Assembly (NCBI GenBank): GCA_048938105.1
Contig: JBHLMN010000004.1
Span: 160,001 to 224,000 of the forward strand
Source: Promethearchaeota archaeon
Lineage (GTDB): Archaea > Asgardarchaeota > Heimdallarchaeia > Hodarchaeales > Hodarchaeaceae
Length of the DNA: 64,000 nucleotides
Direction: 5' to 3'
Of the stretch, positions 40,749 to 51,932 are shown in pieces. How positions within the stretch are numbered: the stretch's first letter is position 1; each line of letters starts with the position of its first letter. The position numbers and the translations under genes are program-made. The notes under the pieces are model-generated. The model worked only from the letters and a program-made list of their open reading frames with translations, had not been told where the DNA came from and did no database searches.

Positions 40749-41486
40749 ATGGATTTTTTCGATAATGATTCACGAGTTTATATTAATCCTTCTGAAACGA
40801 TTAAATTTTATCGTGCTGCTTATCCACTCCCGTTGAAACTGATTTATTCACCGTTTTCTCGTCCTGAGCTTCCACAGAAGAGTAAGAAAAGGAAAATTAA
40901 AGAATTACCGGCGTTATATCAAGGTACACATTTATATTGTATAGATAATAAAGTTTTATACTTCCAAGGATTAATGGGGGCATCTACAACTGCTATTTTT
41001 CTTGAACAATTAATTGCACTTGGAATAAAGGAATTCATATTTCTAGGATTAGCTGGAGCAATTCAAAAGGCTAAGATTGGTGATCGAATTATTGTAACAG
41101 AGGCTATACGGTTGGAAGGTACAAGTTATCACTACCTACCAGTCAATATCCCAAGTGTCCCATCAGAAAATTTGTTCAACGATTTAGTAGAGTTTCTTAA
41201 TTCAAAAGGAGTTCCATTTGCTAAAGGTACAATTTGCAGCACAGATGCTCCTTTTAGAGAAACTTTTAATTTGGTTGAACAATTACGACTGAAAGAAGTA
41301 ATTGCTATTGAGATGGAAACAGCAGCTGCCTTTGCTATAGCGAATTTTCGAAATGTGAAAGCTGCAGCATTGGTAATCATTAGCGATGAACTTAAGGAAA
41401 ACCAATGGTCAGGATTTCAACCAGATCATTTTTCTGAATCATTTATCTCTAGTTTTAATCACTTAGTAGATTTTTTTTCTCGATGA
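40749..41486 (+). CDS. Nucleoside phosphorylase (PNP/UDP family)
   Basis: LG.AGA, AIRLEGTSYHY, STDAPFRET, AIEME, ISD. Confidence 0.9.
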   Translation: MDFFDNDSRVYINPSETIKFYRAAYPLPLKLIYSPFSRPELPQKSKKRKIKELPALYQGTHLYCIDNKVLYFQGLMGASTTAIFLEQLIALGIKEFIFLGLAGAIQKAKIGDRIIVTEAIRLEGTSYHYLPVNIPSVPSENLFNDLVEFLNSKGVPFAKGTICSTDAPFRETFNLVEQLRLKEVIAIEMETAAAFAIANFRNVKAAALVIISDELKENQWSGFQPDHFSESFISSFNHLVDFFSR

Positions 41487-41504
41487 CTAATTCTATTTGC
41501 TTTA

Positions 41505-43988
41505 CTATTCAACAACCCGAAGGGCTGAGGGGAGATCCATCTTGATAAGCTTGCGAACTGACAACAAGGGGGTAAATGTGACGAATACAATTCCAATTAA
41601 AATGAGAGTAATAATACTATCAGGATAAAGGAATGCTGACAACCATATTTCATTCATTGCTTGATCCACACGTGCTTCAAGAATATCGACTACAAAAGGA
41701 GCAAAAAGGAAAAAACCAACTAGTGTCCCTAAAATCCCTAAAATCATAGATTCTACCATTAAAATTAACGAGGAGGTTCGAATAGGGGTACCGAAGGCAG
41801 CCATTGTCGCTAATTCTCGAGTTCGCTCATCAATATTTACTGTTGTTGTATTATATACCAAGAGAAGAGCTAAGATCAAAACTACATATTTGATTACGTC
41901 AAAGATAGATTTAAACATCTCAATAAGCTCTTCATAGACTTTAACCAATTTTATGACTGATTGAACTCCACTATATCCCTGCAGATTGAAAAAGTTCTTT
42001 TGGATTGCTTCTTCGGTAATTCCTTGTTTTGGTACAATCATCACTGCGTTAACTAAACCGGTAACATTGAAGATTTGATCGTTTGAGATATCACTAAATG
42101 CCCAGAATCGAATTTTACTATTTTGTATACCCATTACATGAAATGTTGTGTTTTCCTTGGAATATTGGAATGCTGATTTCCTAAAAGGGTGTTCAAGTGT
42201 GATCTTGTCTCCTATATCAACTTTTAAATCCCGTGCAGCTTCTTGAGAAATTATTAACCCAGCTGTGAGATTAAAAGGTTTAACTTCTCTTATTGTTTCC
42301 GGTGTCCATATCTGATTAGTAAGATTGAAGCACCGTAAAACTATGGTGTAAGATTCGTGTTCTCCATGCAATGTCACTGGTATTTGGATCATTGGGACTG
42401 CTAATTTCACATCAGTATCCTCAGTGATGTTTATTACAGGTGATTGTGACGAGTTATACAAATTATTGAGTATAACATCGACCCGTCCCTCTGAATTTCC
42501 TTTTATGACCTCCTGTTCACTATCTAACAAAAAATCTGCTCCATCAACAAATCCTAAAACAGCAACTAGAACACAGATAGCTAATGCAATACCAGACAAA
42601 GTCGAGATAGCTCGTCGAAGATTTCGAGAGATATTACGAAATGGGAATTGAATGAATATTGAACCAGGGAGTCTAATCCATGTCAAGATTGGAGAAATTC
42701 CTTTACCTGTTCCCACTTTAACTCCTGTTTGAATGGCATGGATCGGTTGCATCCGAGTAGCTCGCCAAATAGGAACAATAGATGCAATAAAGGGAATAAG
42801 GATTCCCAAAATTGTGCCTTGGAGAAAAAGGTCTGTTACTAACCAAACCTCCCATACATGAAAAGGCGTAATATCTACTATTATATCTGCTAATCGATTT
42901 CCCAAGATTATTGCAAAAATATACCCAAATATAATCCCTCCAAGGGCGATTTCGAGAGAGAATAGCAAATATCTATATGCAATCTGACGAGGTGGTACAC
43001 CTAATGCCATGTTTACTCCTATTTCCCTGCGTTGAGAATTCACAACACGTGAAATGAGATTATATGCTCCAAAAGCAGCAATGACGAGGATAAGAAAAGA
43101 GAAAATGTAATATAATCCTTGATCACCCGAGATATCTTCTTTTAGGAATTTGTAAGTAGGATGATCTTCTTTTTCTATAAATTCAAAAGAAATATAGGGA
43201 AAATTATCGTTAAAATAGTCTTCAAGTTCTGGAATAAACTCTTCAAGATCCGCTTCAGGTTTTAATAACAAAACAACCTCATTTACATATCCAAGAGGTA
43301 AACCTGTCATTTGTTGAAGAATTCCCTGAGCTGTTTTTAGAGGGACGAATAGAGCGGCAAAAGATGATTGCGCAAAAACCATATTTTCTTCAAGTACCAT
43401 GAAATATTCGGGGGTAAGTGCTGTTCCAATGAAAGCTAGTTTAATGCCTCCTGCAACGGTGAGTAGCTGATTCTTAGGTTTTAAATCATAATAACTAGCA
43501 AAGTTATATTCTACGAGACAAACTTTCTCTGATGTTTCTGTCGATTTAATGTGGCGTCCGTCTGTGATATGTATACCATTTACATCCAAATTTTGAGACC
43601 CATCAGAAACATTGATACCAATAATGCGTCCATTCACCAAAATGGTCTGATTAGAAGTAGAGGCATTAACTGTTGTAGGAAAACTTACTCGATATTCTTG
43701 TGCTTGTATCCAATCCTTATGCGATAGATTCTGAAGAGCAGAAGAAAGCTCTGATTGTGTAATCCAGCTTCCAAGAAGCAAGCTCATTTTAAGGTCAAAC
43801 ATATTCAGATCTTTATTACTTTCTTCAAATGCTCGTTCTCTCCAGGGGGTAGAGCTGCTTAAACCTGTATATATCCCAGTCCCTAGACCTATAATAACCG
43901 CAATAGCTATAACTTGAATTTTTCGTTGTTTCAGATCCCGAAAGGACCATTTAAGGAGCAGCCAAATATTGCCCATGTTTTTCACCAA
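41505..43988 (-). CDS. FtsX/MacB-like ABC permease
   Basis: Two large extracellular domains; QRREIG...ALG and [11 protein letters not shown] motifs. Confidence 0.9.
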   Translation of the reverse strand: MVKNMGNIWLLLKWSFRDLKQRKIQVIAIAVIIGLGTGIYTGLSSSTPWRERAFEESNKDLNMFDLKMSLLLGSWITQSELSSALQNLSHKDWIQAQEYRVSFPTTVNASTSNQTILVNGRIIGINVSDGSQNLDVNGIHITDGRHIKSTETSEKVCLVEYNFASYYDLKPKNQLLTVAGGIKLAFIGTALTPEYFMVLEENMVFAQSSFAALFVPLKTAQGILQQMTGLPLGYVNEVVLLLKPEADLEEFIPELEDYFNDNFPYISFEFIEKEDHPTYKFLKEDISGDQGLYYIFSFLILVIAAFGAYNLISRVVNSQRREIGVNMALGVPPRQIAYRYLLFSLEIALGGIIFGYIFAIILGNRLADIIVDITPFHVWEVWLVTDLFLQGTILGILIPFIASIVPIWRATRMQPIHAIQTGVKVGTGKGISPILTWIRLPGSIFIQFPFRNISRNLRRAISTLSGIALAICVLVAVLGFVDGADFLLDSEQEVIKGNSEGRVDVILNNLYNSSQSPVINITEDTDVKLAVPMIQIPVTLHGEHESYTIVLRCFNLTNQIWTPETIREVKPFNLTAGLIISQEAARDLKVDIGDKITLEHPFRKSAFQYSKENTTFHVMGIQNSKIRFWAFSDISNDQIFNVTGLVNAVMIVPKQGITEEAIQKNFFNLQGYSGVQSVIKLVKVYEELIEMFKSIFDVIKYVVLILALLLVYNTTTVNIDERTRELATMAAFGTPIRTSSLILMVESMILGILGTLVGFFLFAPFVVDILEARVDQAMNEIWLSAFLYPDSIITLILIGIVFVTFTPLLSVRKLIKMDLPSALRVVE

Positions 43989-44689
43989 CGAAGATCTTCT
44001 ATTGAGACTTTCCCATTCTTGGGTAGGCCATCTTCAGCTACTTTTCCAGAGTGCAATTCAACAACCCGATCGGTGATACGGGCGATCTCACGATTATGTG
44101 TGACCAAAAGAACCGTAGTACCATTATTTTGTTGCTTTAATAAGAGCTGTAATATTTGTTTTCCTGTTCTGAAATCTAATTCACCTGTTGGTTCATCTGC
44201 TAGAATGATAGGAGTCTCTTTCACTAAAGCACGCGCGATTGCCACCCGCTGTTGTTCACCCCCAGAAAGCTGGTGAGGAAAATGACGAATTCGTTCCTCG
44301 AGACCAACTGATTTTAGTGCTTCAATGGATTTTTGTCTACTATTCTTCATTCGTCCTAAATCAGCCACATATTGAACATTTTCTAGTGCTGATAGTGTTG
44401 GAAATAAGTTAAATGTCTGAAATATGAATCCGATTGTTTTACGGCGGAATGTGAATTGTTGACGTCGATTATATCGTGTGATATCAATTCCATTAATCTT
44501 GATCATACCACCTGTTGGTCGATCTAGAGCTCCGACAAGGTTTAGTAATGTTGTTTTGCCAGACCCTGATGGGCCTAATAACACAACTGTCTCACCTTGA
44601 TCAATATCAAAGGAAATTCCATCTAAAGCCTTTACAGTAATCTCTCCCATCTGATAATACTTTTCAATTCCTAATAATCGTATCATCAA
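43982..44689 (-). CDS. ABC transporter ATPase (LolD/MacB type)
   Basis: [35 protein letters not shown]. Confidence 0.95.
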   Translation of the reverse strand: MMIRLLGIEKYYQMGEITVKALDGISFDIDQGETVVLLGPSGSGKTTLLNLVGALDRPTGGMIKINGIDITRYNRRQQFTFRRKTIGFIFQTFNLFPTLSALENVQYVADLGRMKNSRQKSIEALKSVGLEERIRHFPHQLSGGEQQRVAIARALVKETPIILADEPTGELDFRTGKQILQLLLKQQNNGTTVLLVTHNREIARITDRVVELHSGKVAEDGLPKNGKVSIEDLRW

Positions 44690-44920
44690 TCTTATTTCCT
44701 AAATTTGTTCGATTATTGAAAATTCTTTATAGAATAAAAGAATTAATTATAACTATTTCATTAAAGATTAAAAAGTTTTCATTTATGAACTTTCTTTTAT
44801 TCATTATCTAATTAACTAATTTCCACTTTATTCAGATAATTTTAAAGTCTTAGTGTATATCTATTACAAATGAATCATTGTAAGTAACGTTTACAAAGCT
44901 TACACATATTTAAAAACTTT

Positions 44921-44937
44921 TTAGCTTGATAAGCTAA
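44921..44937. promoter_or_regulatory. Palindrome between a TATA-like element and the start of the 7TM gene
   Basis: TTAGCTT-GAT-AAGCTAA, just downstream of TTTAAAAA (~44909-44916). A second inverted repeat, TTGTAA-N7-TTACAA, lies at 44878-44896. Confidence 0.5.
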
Positions 44938-44962
44938 TGAAAATTGATAGAGAAAAGAATGG

Positions 44963-45727
44963 GTGATAATGAACGTCATTATAATTGCTGGAATGCTTGC
45001 TCTAATAAGTTCAATACTACTATTTTTATCAACAATTCTCACAGTTCCACTTTTTAATAAAACAAGAGATGAAATCTTTCTTCATGTGACATTAGTGTTA
45101 TTTTTATTTGCAACAACACTTTTTATAACAGGTTTGTTTGCAATATTCTTACCTGAAGCAATGTCCGAAGCATTCCAAGATCTTGGATCGATGAAACTAC
45201 CCTATTTGTTAAAAATAGTGATCCTATTCATGCTACTAACATCCTTAGAATTCACGTTATTTTATACTAATATTTCATCAAATCGTCTTTATTTTGTGGA
45301 GAAATACCTTCCTCTAGTCCCAGCTTTATATATAGGGTGGATATTAGCTTCTATATTTGTGGAGAATGAATTTTTAGATTCTTTATTGTTTTCAATCCTT
45401 TATTTTCTCACTTTTCTGATTGACATAATGGTTATTGTTCTTTTACTTCGTTTACATAACGTACGAACAAAATTTTTTGATAGAAAGCCTGAATATGCTC
45501 TCTCAACTCACTTAATGATAATGCTAGCTGCATTCTTAGTGTATCAGTTAGGTGATTTAATTGGATTTATTGGTCTGCTAATTTCTCAAGATATCTACCT
45601 CTTGGCTATGAGTATTCAGCTTATTGTGCTACCTATTTTCAGTTTCTTCTTATTTTTTCAGAGTCACTCAATCTGGAAGATCTTAGATAAGATCAATTAT
45701 TCTTTACTACTCAATGAACTCAATTAA
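44963..45727 (+). CDS. Seven-TM membrane protein, unknown function
   Basis: Seven hydrophobic helices and a short C-terminal tail. Confidence 0.75.
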   Translation: MIMNVIIIAGMLALISSILLFLSTILTVPLFNKTRDEIFLHVTLVLFLFATTLFITGLFAIFLPEAMSEAFQDLGSMKLPYLLKIVILFMLLTSLEFTLFYTNISSNRLYFVEKYLPLVPALYIGWILASIFVENEFLDSLLFSILYFLTFLIDIMVIVLLLRLHNVRTKFFDRKPEYALSTHLMIMLAAFLVYQLGDLIGFIGLLISQDIYLLAMSIQLIVLPIFSFFLFFQSHSIWKILDKINYSLLLNELN

Positions 45728-45802
45728 GCCCTATAAGGGGTACTTTTCCTAAAGAAAAAGACTCTTATACAATCACTCTTTTTTTGGACTCAGGCGTTTT
45801 AT

Positions 45803-45988
45803 ATGTCTAAGACTGCAGTCATATCAGTGCGAATTCCCAATGAGGTACGGGAGAAGCTAGAAAAATATGCTGAAATTCTAAGAATCAGACCCTCTGCGAT
45901 TGCTGCATTAGTTTTAGAAGATTGTATTGAGTATTGGGTTAAACAATATAGTGAAAATGCTTTGAAGAAGATTTGGGAGAATCTTTAA
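45803..45988 (+). CDS. Ribbon-helix-helix (CopG-like) protein
   Basis: TAVISVRIP.EV.EKL.KYA...R.S.I: beta-strand followed by two helices. Confidence 0.7.
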   Translation: MSKTAVISVRIPNEVREKLEKYAEILRIRPSAIAALVLEDCIEYWVKQYSENALKKIWENL

Positions 45989-45991
45989 GGA

Positions 45992-47437
45992 TCATTTTTG
46001 ATCTTTCTGCATACCTTCTGCTTTTAATAGTGCTTGAATATCCATAGTTCTTTCTGGAGTAAGATCATACACTTTAACAAAGATAATTAGGCCTAATAAA
46101 CACAAAATCATCGGGATTAATGCTGTATGGATTCTGATTCCAAGCAAAGCTAAGAACGTTTGATCTGAAACATCTGGATTGAAACCTGTCAATTCATGTA
46201 CTATAGCAAAGATGAATCCTTGGGCTATTAATGCCAAGCGATTAAAAAAAGTATAAATCCCCATTAGAGAGCCTTCAATTTTTGTACCAGTTTTCACTAC
46301 TGCTTCATCAATAACATCAGCGATGACTGGATTTCTTCCAATTCGTAAGGCTCCACCACCAATCCCCAACAGGATTACACCCAGCAACAATGAGAAAAGG
46401 TTCCAAGCAAATATTAACGGAAAAAGGAAAATTGTATTGAGGAAAACTCCAATGATCAGCATTTTTCGATTATTGTTTAATTGCTGTGCATATCTCAACC
46501 AAAATATCATAGATCCTAGAGCACCTAACAGAAATCCTGCTAACACAACTGAAGCGATAATTGGATCCATCTTAAGGTCATATTTCACAATGTAGCTTAT
46601 TGATGCCGTCAAACTTGCTCCAATAATGCTATCAAGAAAGAATATCATCATAACAACCATGAAATTCTTGTGTTTGAAAATTATTTTTAGTAAAGAGATG
46701 AAAGATTCTTTTTCTTCTTCTCTTTCATAATAACTCAATTTCAATCCTTCTGACTCACGGTGACCATAGATGTATGTTAAAAAAGTAATAAAACCAACAA
46801 TAGCAACAACCCAGGCCATTTGAGCGTAAGACTCTTTTACGTAAAATACCACAATAAATCCTGGAATCAATGCTCCCAAAGCAGTTCCTATAAGTCCTAA
46901 AGCCATAGCTATGCCACCAGCTTTTCTCCGATCATCATCCAATCTGAAAATATCAGGGTACTGCGCTAAATGACTTGTTTGGACAATAGAGTAGAATGTA
47001 TCAAAAAAACAGGTCGATAATACAAACCATACAAAGTAAAACCATGGTTGAGTATCCGGATTCCAGTTTGGGGGTGAAAAAATGAAAACTATTAAAAAAA
47101 CGAATGGGATTGAACCAATGATTATCAGGGGAAATCTTTTTCCCCAACGTTTCCAGTAATTCCTAGGATTATCTGTTAAAAAACCCACAAGCGGATCATT
47201 AATTGCATTCCACAAAGCATAGATGATATATCCTAATGTAAGATACCAAATTCCTAAACTTACTTCCGTTTCATAGAATAGAAGCAAATATTGACCAAGA
47301 GCAAATGAAAAAAAGGCAAACTGCAATTCAGCCATACCAAAAGATATCATCGTCTTTAAAGATTGAGGTTTCATTACCTCATCTTCATATGTCAAATTGC
47401 TGTGTAATTCCTTATTTAAGGTCATTGAATCACGCAA
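45992..47437 (-). CDS. GPH-family (MelB-like) sugar/glycoside MFS transporter
   Basis: LWNAINDPL.G.L.D, WGKRFP, IADVIDE, EG...G; true start probably a few codons downstream. Confidence 0.9.
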   Translation of the reverse strand: MRDSMTLNKELHSNLTYEDEVMKPQSLKTMISFGMAELQFAFFSFALGQYLLLFYETEVSLGIWYLTLGYIIYALWNAINDPLVGFLTDNPRNYWKRWGKRFPLIIIGSIPFVFLIVFIFSPPNWNPDTQPWFYFVWFVLSTCFFDTFYSIVQTSHLAQYPDIFRLDDDRRKAGGIAMALGLIGTALGALIPGFIVVFYVKESYAQMAWVVAIVGFITFLTYIYGHRESEGLKLSYYEREEEKESFISLLKIIFKHKNFMVVMMIFFLDSIIGASLTASISYIVKYDLKMDPIIASVVLAGFLLGALGSMIFWLRYAQQLNNNRKMLIIGVFLNTIFLFPLIFAWNLFSLLLGVILLGIGGGALRIGRNPVIADVIDEAVVKTGTKIEGSLMGIYTFFNRLALIAQGFIFAIVHELTGFNPDVSDQTFLALLGIRIHTALIPMILCLLGLIIFVKVYDLTPERTMDIQALLKAEGMQKDQK

Positions 47438-47566
47438 GAGGGCGAAGTTAGGTATTATTTTTTTATGGATTATTCATTAAGCCTACTATGGTAATACTCA
47501 TTAAATTTTTAGTTATCTCTTAGAATTCCTGGTAAACCAATCAGATAATAGATAAGGTGGAATCAA

Positions 47567-48685
47567 TTGTCAGATAACCTTCAAGCTTCAAAATTTGATG
47601 AAATGATTTTCGCTAAAGGCTTTCAATGGAAAGTTAAACAGGTCTCTACTCACTCTAACGAGAAACCTCTTGTTGTCCATTTCACACAAAAACAATGGAA
47701 GTTTATGGCTGATCGGGGATTAAAACATCAAGATTATGCAATAATCCATTCCCAAAATAAGTTCATTTTTCCTATTTTGGATGGGGGTGGTTGTATTGTG
47801 AATATTTGGTTTACATTCTCCTCTGGGCTATTTAGCTTGCGAAAATACTATAAAAGTTGGGATATACGGAAGAAGGTTTATCTTCGAATTTTCTTTGATA
47901 ATGAAGATACACCAAGCGTCAATTCTCCGATTGGAGATTTTTTTGGAGTCGGTTTCGGGAAATATCGTGAATTTAAATCAAAGTATTTAGAAGAAACGTC
48001 AGGGGGCTATATTTGTAGATTCCCGATGCCTTTCAAAAAGAATGCTCGAATTGAGATAGTCAATACTAGTGAGAAGACTGATATTATTTTTTATGGTGCA
48101 ATAACATTTCGCCATTATGAAAATGGTTTTCCATATGATCCTTTCTATTTTCATGCTAGATATCGTGAAGAACAACCAACTACTCTCGAAATTCCCTATA
48201 AACTTATTGATGTACAAGGAGAAGGATTCTATGCTGGATGTGTCCTGAATCAAGCTAATATCAAACGAAAGGATGGTCTTCGGTTTCTTGAAGGGAATAC
48301 GAAGTTTTATGTTGATGGTGAAACATTCCCCTCGCTTGAATACACAGGTACAGAGGACATTTTTCAAGGAGCTTGGTACTATATTGATGGGGTTTTTTCT
48401 GCACCTTATCATGGCTGTACAGTTCATTCTGCTTGGAAAAAAGCTGGAATTTTTGGTTTTCTTCGATCTAGTTTTAGAAAAAATCAAATAAGTCAATATC
48501 GCTTCCACGAAAATGATGCTATTCCATTTAAAAAAAGTCTTCTTGTCTTTAATCATCATGGAGAGTTTGATGAGATTCTCACAAACCAATCATCTGTTAC
48601 ATATTTCTATGCCCGAAAACCTATTCAAATTAATTGGGATCCTCTTCAAAAGGGCGATTTTCCTGATGAATATTATGCTAATTGA
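47567..48685 (+). CDS. DUF2961 / GH172-like glycoside hydrolase
   Basis: G.GCI.NIW.T, PSV..PIGDFFG.G, FPMPF, FHA.YR, FLEG, YTGTED.F..AW. Confidence 0.88.
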   Translation: MSDNLQASKFDEMIFAKGFQWKVKQVSTHSNEKPLVVHFTQKQWKFMADRGLKHQDYAIIHSQNKFIFPILDGGGCIVNIWFTFSSGLFSLRKYYKSWDIRKKVYLRIFFDNEDTPSVNSPIGDFFGVGFGKYREFKSKYLEETSGGYICRFPMPFKKNARIEIVNTSEKTDIIFYGAITFRHYENGFPYDPFYFHARYREEQPTTLEIPYKLIDVQGEGFYAGCVLNQANIKRKDGLRFLEGNTKFYVDGETFPSLEYTGTEDIFQGAWYYIDGVFSAPYHGCTVHSAWKKAGIFGFLRSSFRKNQISQYRFHENDAIPFKKSLLVFNHHGEFDEILTNQSSVTYFYARKPIQINWDPLQKGDFPDEYYAN

Positions 48686-49008
48686 AGAATTATATTGAAT
48701 TATATTCTAATGAATTATACTCTAGTTATCAAACAAAAGAGCTTTTATTAGAAAAATTAAGCAAATTTGGGTTTTCATTGACAAATGAAGATGATTTTCA
48801 TGATGAATATCTGCTTTTATCAAGGACAAATAAACGTCCAGAGTTACCATTGAAAGGTTCAAAACAACAATTAATACTAAAGATACCTCTCCCATTAAAA
48901 AAGGATTTAGATTTTTTACTTTTATATACCAAGACTCCATATTTTGACACAGGGGATCTATGGAAGACAGCTAAAGATTTAAAAAATTATTTAGAATCTA
49001 ATAATTGA
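48682..49008 (+). CDS. Hypothetical protein, translationally coupled to the GH172-like gene
   Basis: 108 aa; start overlaps the upstream stop; composition is protein-like. Confidence 0.55.
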   Translation: MKNYIELYSNELYSSYQTKELLLEKLSKFGFSLTNEDDFHDEYLLLSRTNKRPELPLKGSKQQLILKIPLPLKKDLDFLLLYTKTPYFDTGDLWKTAKDLKNYLESNN

Positions 49009-49138
49009 AAAACCTATGCTAAATGAAAGTTTCTTGACATATATTATACAATGAAGAAGATAATTTTTTATGATTAATATGCAAGTCACCGTCACAGGAC
49101 TTTCTTAACATAACGGATTAATCATTTTAATAATGACG

Positions 49139-49669
49139 TTAAATTCTTGGTAAGCGTTCCATTGAACAATCATAGCCTATCCCTTGTATTATTGAATTTT
49201 CTTTGAACCCGAATCGCCGATAATAGTCCTTTAGTTTTAAAATTTCTTCATCAGTCGGTTTTCTTTCAGGATTAATAAAAGGCATAGCATGGAGGCTTAA
49301 AGGAATTTCAAACTCGTCAGCAAAATTAATTATTTCATTAAAGATATATGTTGCAAGCCCATGTCCACGATAATCGGGTTCAATCCAAACTGTTCCAATA
49401 TAACATTCCTTTTCTTCAGGTTTCCATGTAAGTGAAACGCTCCCAAGAGTAAGAAAATCACCTCCAACTTCTTCACCAATATCTACAAAGCAACGTAATG
49501 TCTTTTTTTGATCTATTGCTCTTCTAAATGAGATATGTTCTCCATTAAACACTTGGTCTAAAGTATGAATGTTGATACAGTAACACTGATTATCTATTTG
49601 GAATTCAACTTTAAAATCCCAGTAATCAAAATACGGAAAGTTTCTAATAGTTTCCTTAACAGAGAACAT
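49139..49669 (-). CDS. GNAT family N-acetyltransferase
   Basis: VWIEPDYRGHGLAT (motif A) and YYRRFGF. Confidence 0.88.
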   Translation of the reverse strand: MFSVKETIRNFPYFDYWDFKVEFQIDNQCYCINIHTLDQVFNGEHISFRRAIDQKKTLRCFVDIGEEVGGDFLTLGSVSLTWKPEEKECYIGTVWIEPDYRGHGLATYIFNEIINFADEFEIPLSLHAMPFINPERKPTDEEILKLKDYYRRFGFKENSIIQGIGYDCSMERLPRI

Positions 49670-51172
49670 GGGAAGTCTCTCTTTGATATATAATAAACAC
49701 GATGCGCGTTAAGTTTAGTTCAGGACATTAGAAGCAAATCAATGGACATTCATAAGCTCCATCATTGCCAACAATATTCCCAATACATACAGAAACGAGT
49801 ATTTTGCGTTCTTATACTTTCTAAACGATTTCTCATGATTTCATATTAAATGGGAATAGAAATGTTGATTTTTCCTGATTTTATACAGCAAGAATTATAT
49901 TAATCAACTTGTGTTGAACCATCTTTATGCCATTAATAATGCTTGTTTTCAAGATATATTGTTAAAATTTAAGTATTTAAAGTTTTTGGTATTCTACCAC
50001 CTTTATTCTTAAGATATTAGTAAATTATTCCTTCAAGATTTCTTATAAAAGTAGAACGTCTATATTATGGTGAGAAGCGGGAAAATAAACCCATAATGAG
50101 AGGAAAAAAGGTAATTCTCCTTTTTTCTTTATCTGATATCATGAAATAATCTAGGATTCAAACAGATTTTTAGATCAGAAACCTTTGAGTAATCTAGTCA
50201 ATGAGTGTTTAAGAGGAAATTTGTTTTGTAGTGTATGTTAATGACCTCTTAGATCAGCTATTAACACAAATATCAGTCAAACGTGCTAATTTTGTTGAAG
50301 TTGAGAAGAAGTTTAGAATTCATGATATAATTCTCTTCAACTAAAAATACAAGAATTGCCTTGTTTTAATGGAATCAAAGACAAGATTAAATTGTACCTT
50401 TGAATTATGAAATTTAAGGTATTTATTGAAGTGTAACGCAAAATAATTACCAATATCATCATTTCAACTCATTATAAACGAATTTAACACATTTATTTAA
50501 CATTCAAGCCAATAAACTTGAGACAAAGTGTTTTCATCCAAAAAAAACAGTCCTAATAATGGGGGTTCGTGGAGGATTGATAATCATCACTAGTTTAAAT
50601 AAGCGGATTGATGATGTTAATCGGTTTAAGAATAGAATTGTGTCTGTAAGAGGCACCACATCGAAATTTACACTAAAGACTGAAGCCTGTTCGATAACGG
50701 TATTGTCTAAATCAGATACATTACTACTCACTTTGAAATCTACATAAAGTCCAATCCATCATTTCTTGCGAGAAAAAGACCAACGAGCGATAACCAGTTT
50801 TCATAATGTATCTACACTGCCAAGAGTCACTCAATATGAGAATTTCTCTCACGAGTGAATTCTTGGGGTTTCCCCCTTAACTACTATATGAACTCTGGAA
50901 TAGATCATTAAGAATTTCCTTCCCATTCCTTCCGTAGAATAATAAATGAGAGATCAATTCTTTGTACTTTCACTATTTTGATTGCTTTTCCAATAATCGT
51001 ACGAGGGAAGTTTTTGATATTGACATATTTCTGAGAATGAGTAGGGAACTAAGTCAATCTCGGATTATATATAATTTCTTCGATTTTTTATGATATTGCT
51101 TTTTTAGAGTGTTTCTGAACTATAGAAATAAAAAATGATCACCTTATCATTGAAGAATGAGTATTAATGTGG

Positions 51173-51325
51173 CTATTTATGTTTCTTTATATTTTTCAGT
51201 TCAGTTTTTAATTCTCGATGTCTTTTTAACAGTTTGTGACGTGCTTTAATTCCAGTTACTACTTTTAATTGTTGTTCAATTTTATGCAATTCTCTTTCAA
51301 AGAGAATTTGTTTTTTTCCCTTCAT
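51173..51325 (-). CDS. Small basic coiled-coil protein, 50 aa (below the ORF-track cutoff)
   Basis: MKGKKQILFERELHKIEQQLKVVTGIKARHKLLKRHRELKTELKNIKKHK; ATG to TAG, amphipathic-helix pattern. Confidence 0.55.
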   Translation of the reverse strand: MKGKKQILFERELHKIEQQLKVVTGIKARHKLLKRHRELKTELKNIKKHK

Positions 51326-51847
51326 TTTCTTGACTCGTGGGAGCTATGATAATTAAGAGATGTTTAGTTAGAGAACTATTAGATACGTTATATGAATCAT
51401 TTACATTATCCTCTTATTTTAAACTTTCCTGTTTTTCAACTTGGAACTAGAGATAATGACAGTATGTAAACTATTCATTCGCATTCCAACAACGGTGATA
51501 TAAGTAAGTTGGTCTGATTCTCTTTGATTATGAATATGTCACTTAATAACAAAAAGAACTTTGCTTAAAGATTCTTTCAATCCTAAAGCTGTATCATGCT
51601 TTGTAAAGTAGACTAAATCGATTTTATCTTTTTGATTGAATACCACAGACATTAAAGCTTGATATCAATTCTACAAAACAGCTCTAATTATCTTATATTT
51701 ACCTAGATAAAGCCATTGATTATTTATTTCTTATAGCAAACATGGAAATAGTCATTAGGTCTTCTCTCGGAGATCCTTCTTAATATTCTTAATTAATTAA
51801 GCCACCAAATTTCTTTATAACTCATGTCTTTATTTAAAGAGAGAAGA

Positions 51848-51932
51848 GCAAAGTTTATAAATAATGAACGTACTTCGGCTCATTGTGAGATTATTAATAG
51901 CCTCACATGAAGTTAAATAAGAGAAAAGGTGA
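51848..51932 (+). promoter_or_regulatory. Histone promoter: BRE/TATA, 5' inverted repeat and ribosome-binding site
   Basis: GCAAAG-TTTATAAA (51848-51861); TGTGAG...CTCACA (51884-51907); AGGTGA (51927-51932). Confidence 0.7.

Noticed and set aside
44963-45727. Rhodopsin call for the 7TM proteins
   Set aside because: No recognisable retinal-binding helix-7 motif (DxxxK/SxxxK) here or in 38541-39710.
45803-45988. Toxin-antitoxin module
   Set aside because: An RHH protein is present but there is no adjacent PIN/RelE-type toxin gene.
49139-49669. GNAT as the histone-tail acetyltransferase
   Set aside because: It lies 2.3 kb away on the opposite strand and GNATs are common; proximity alone is not support.
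50534-50747. Overlapping 65-aa (-) and 62-aa (+) ORFs as genes
   Set aside because: No recognisable motifs and mutually antisense; kept only as part of the TGA-frame observation.
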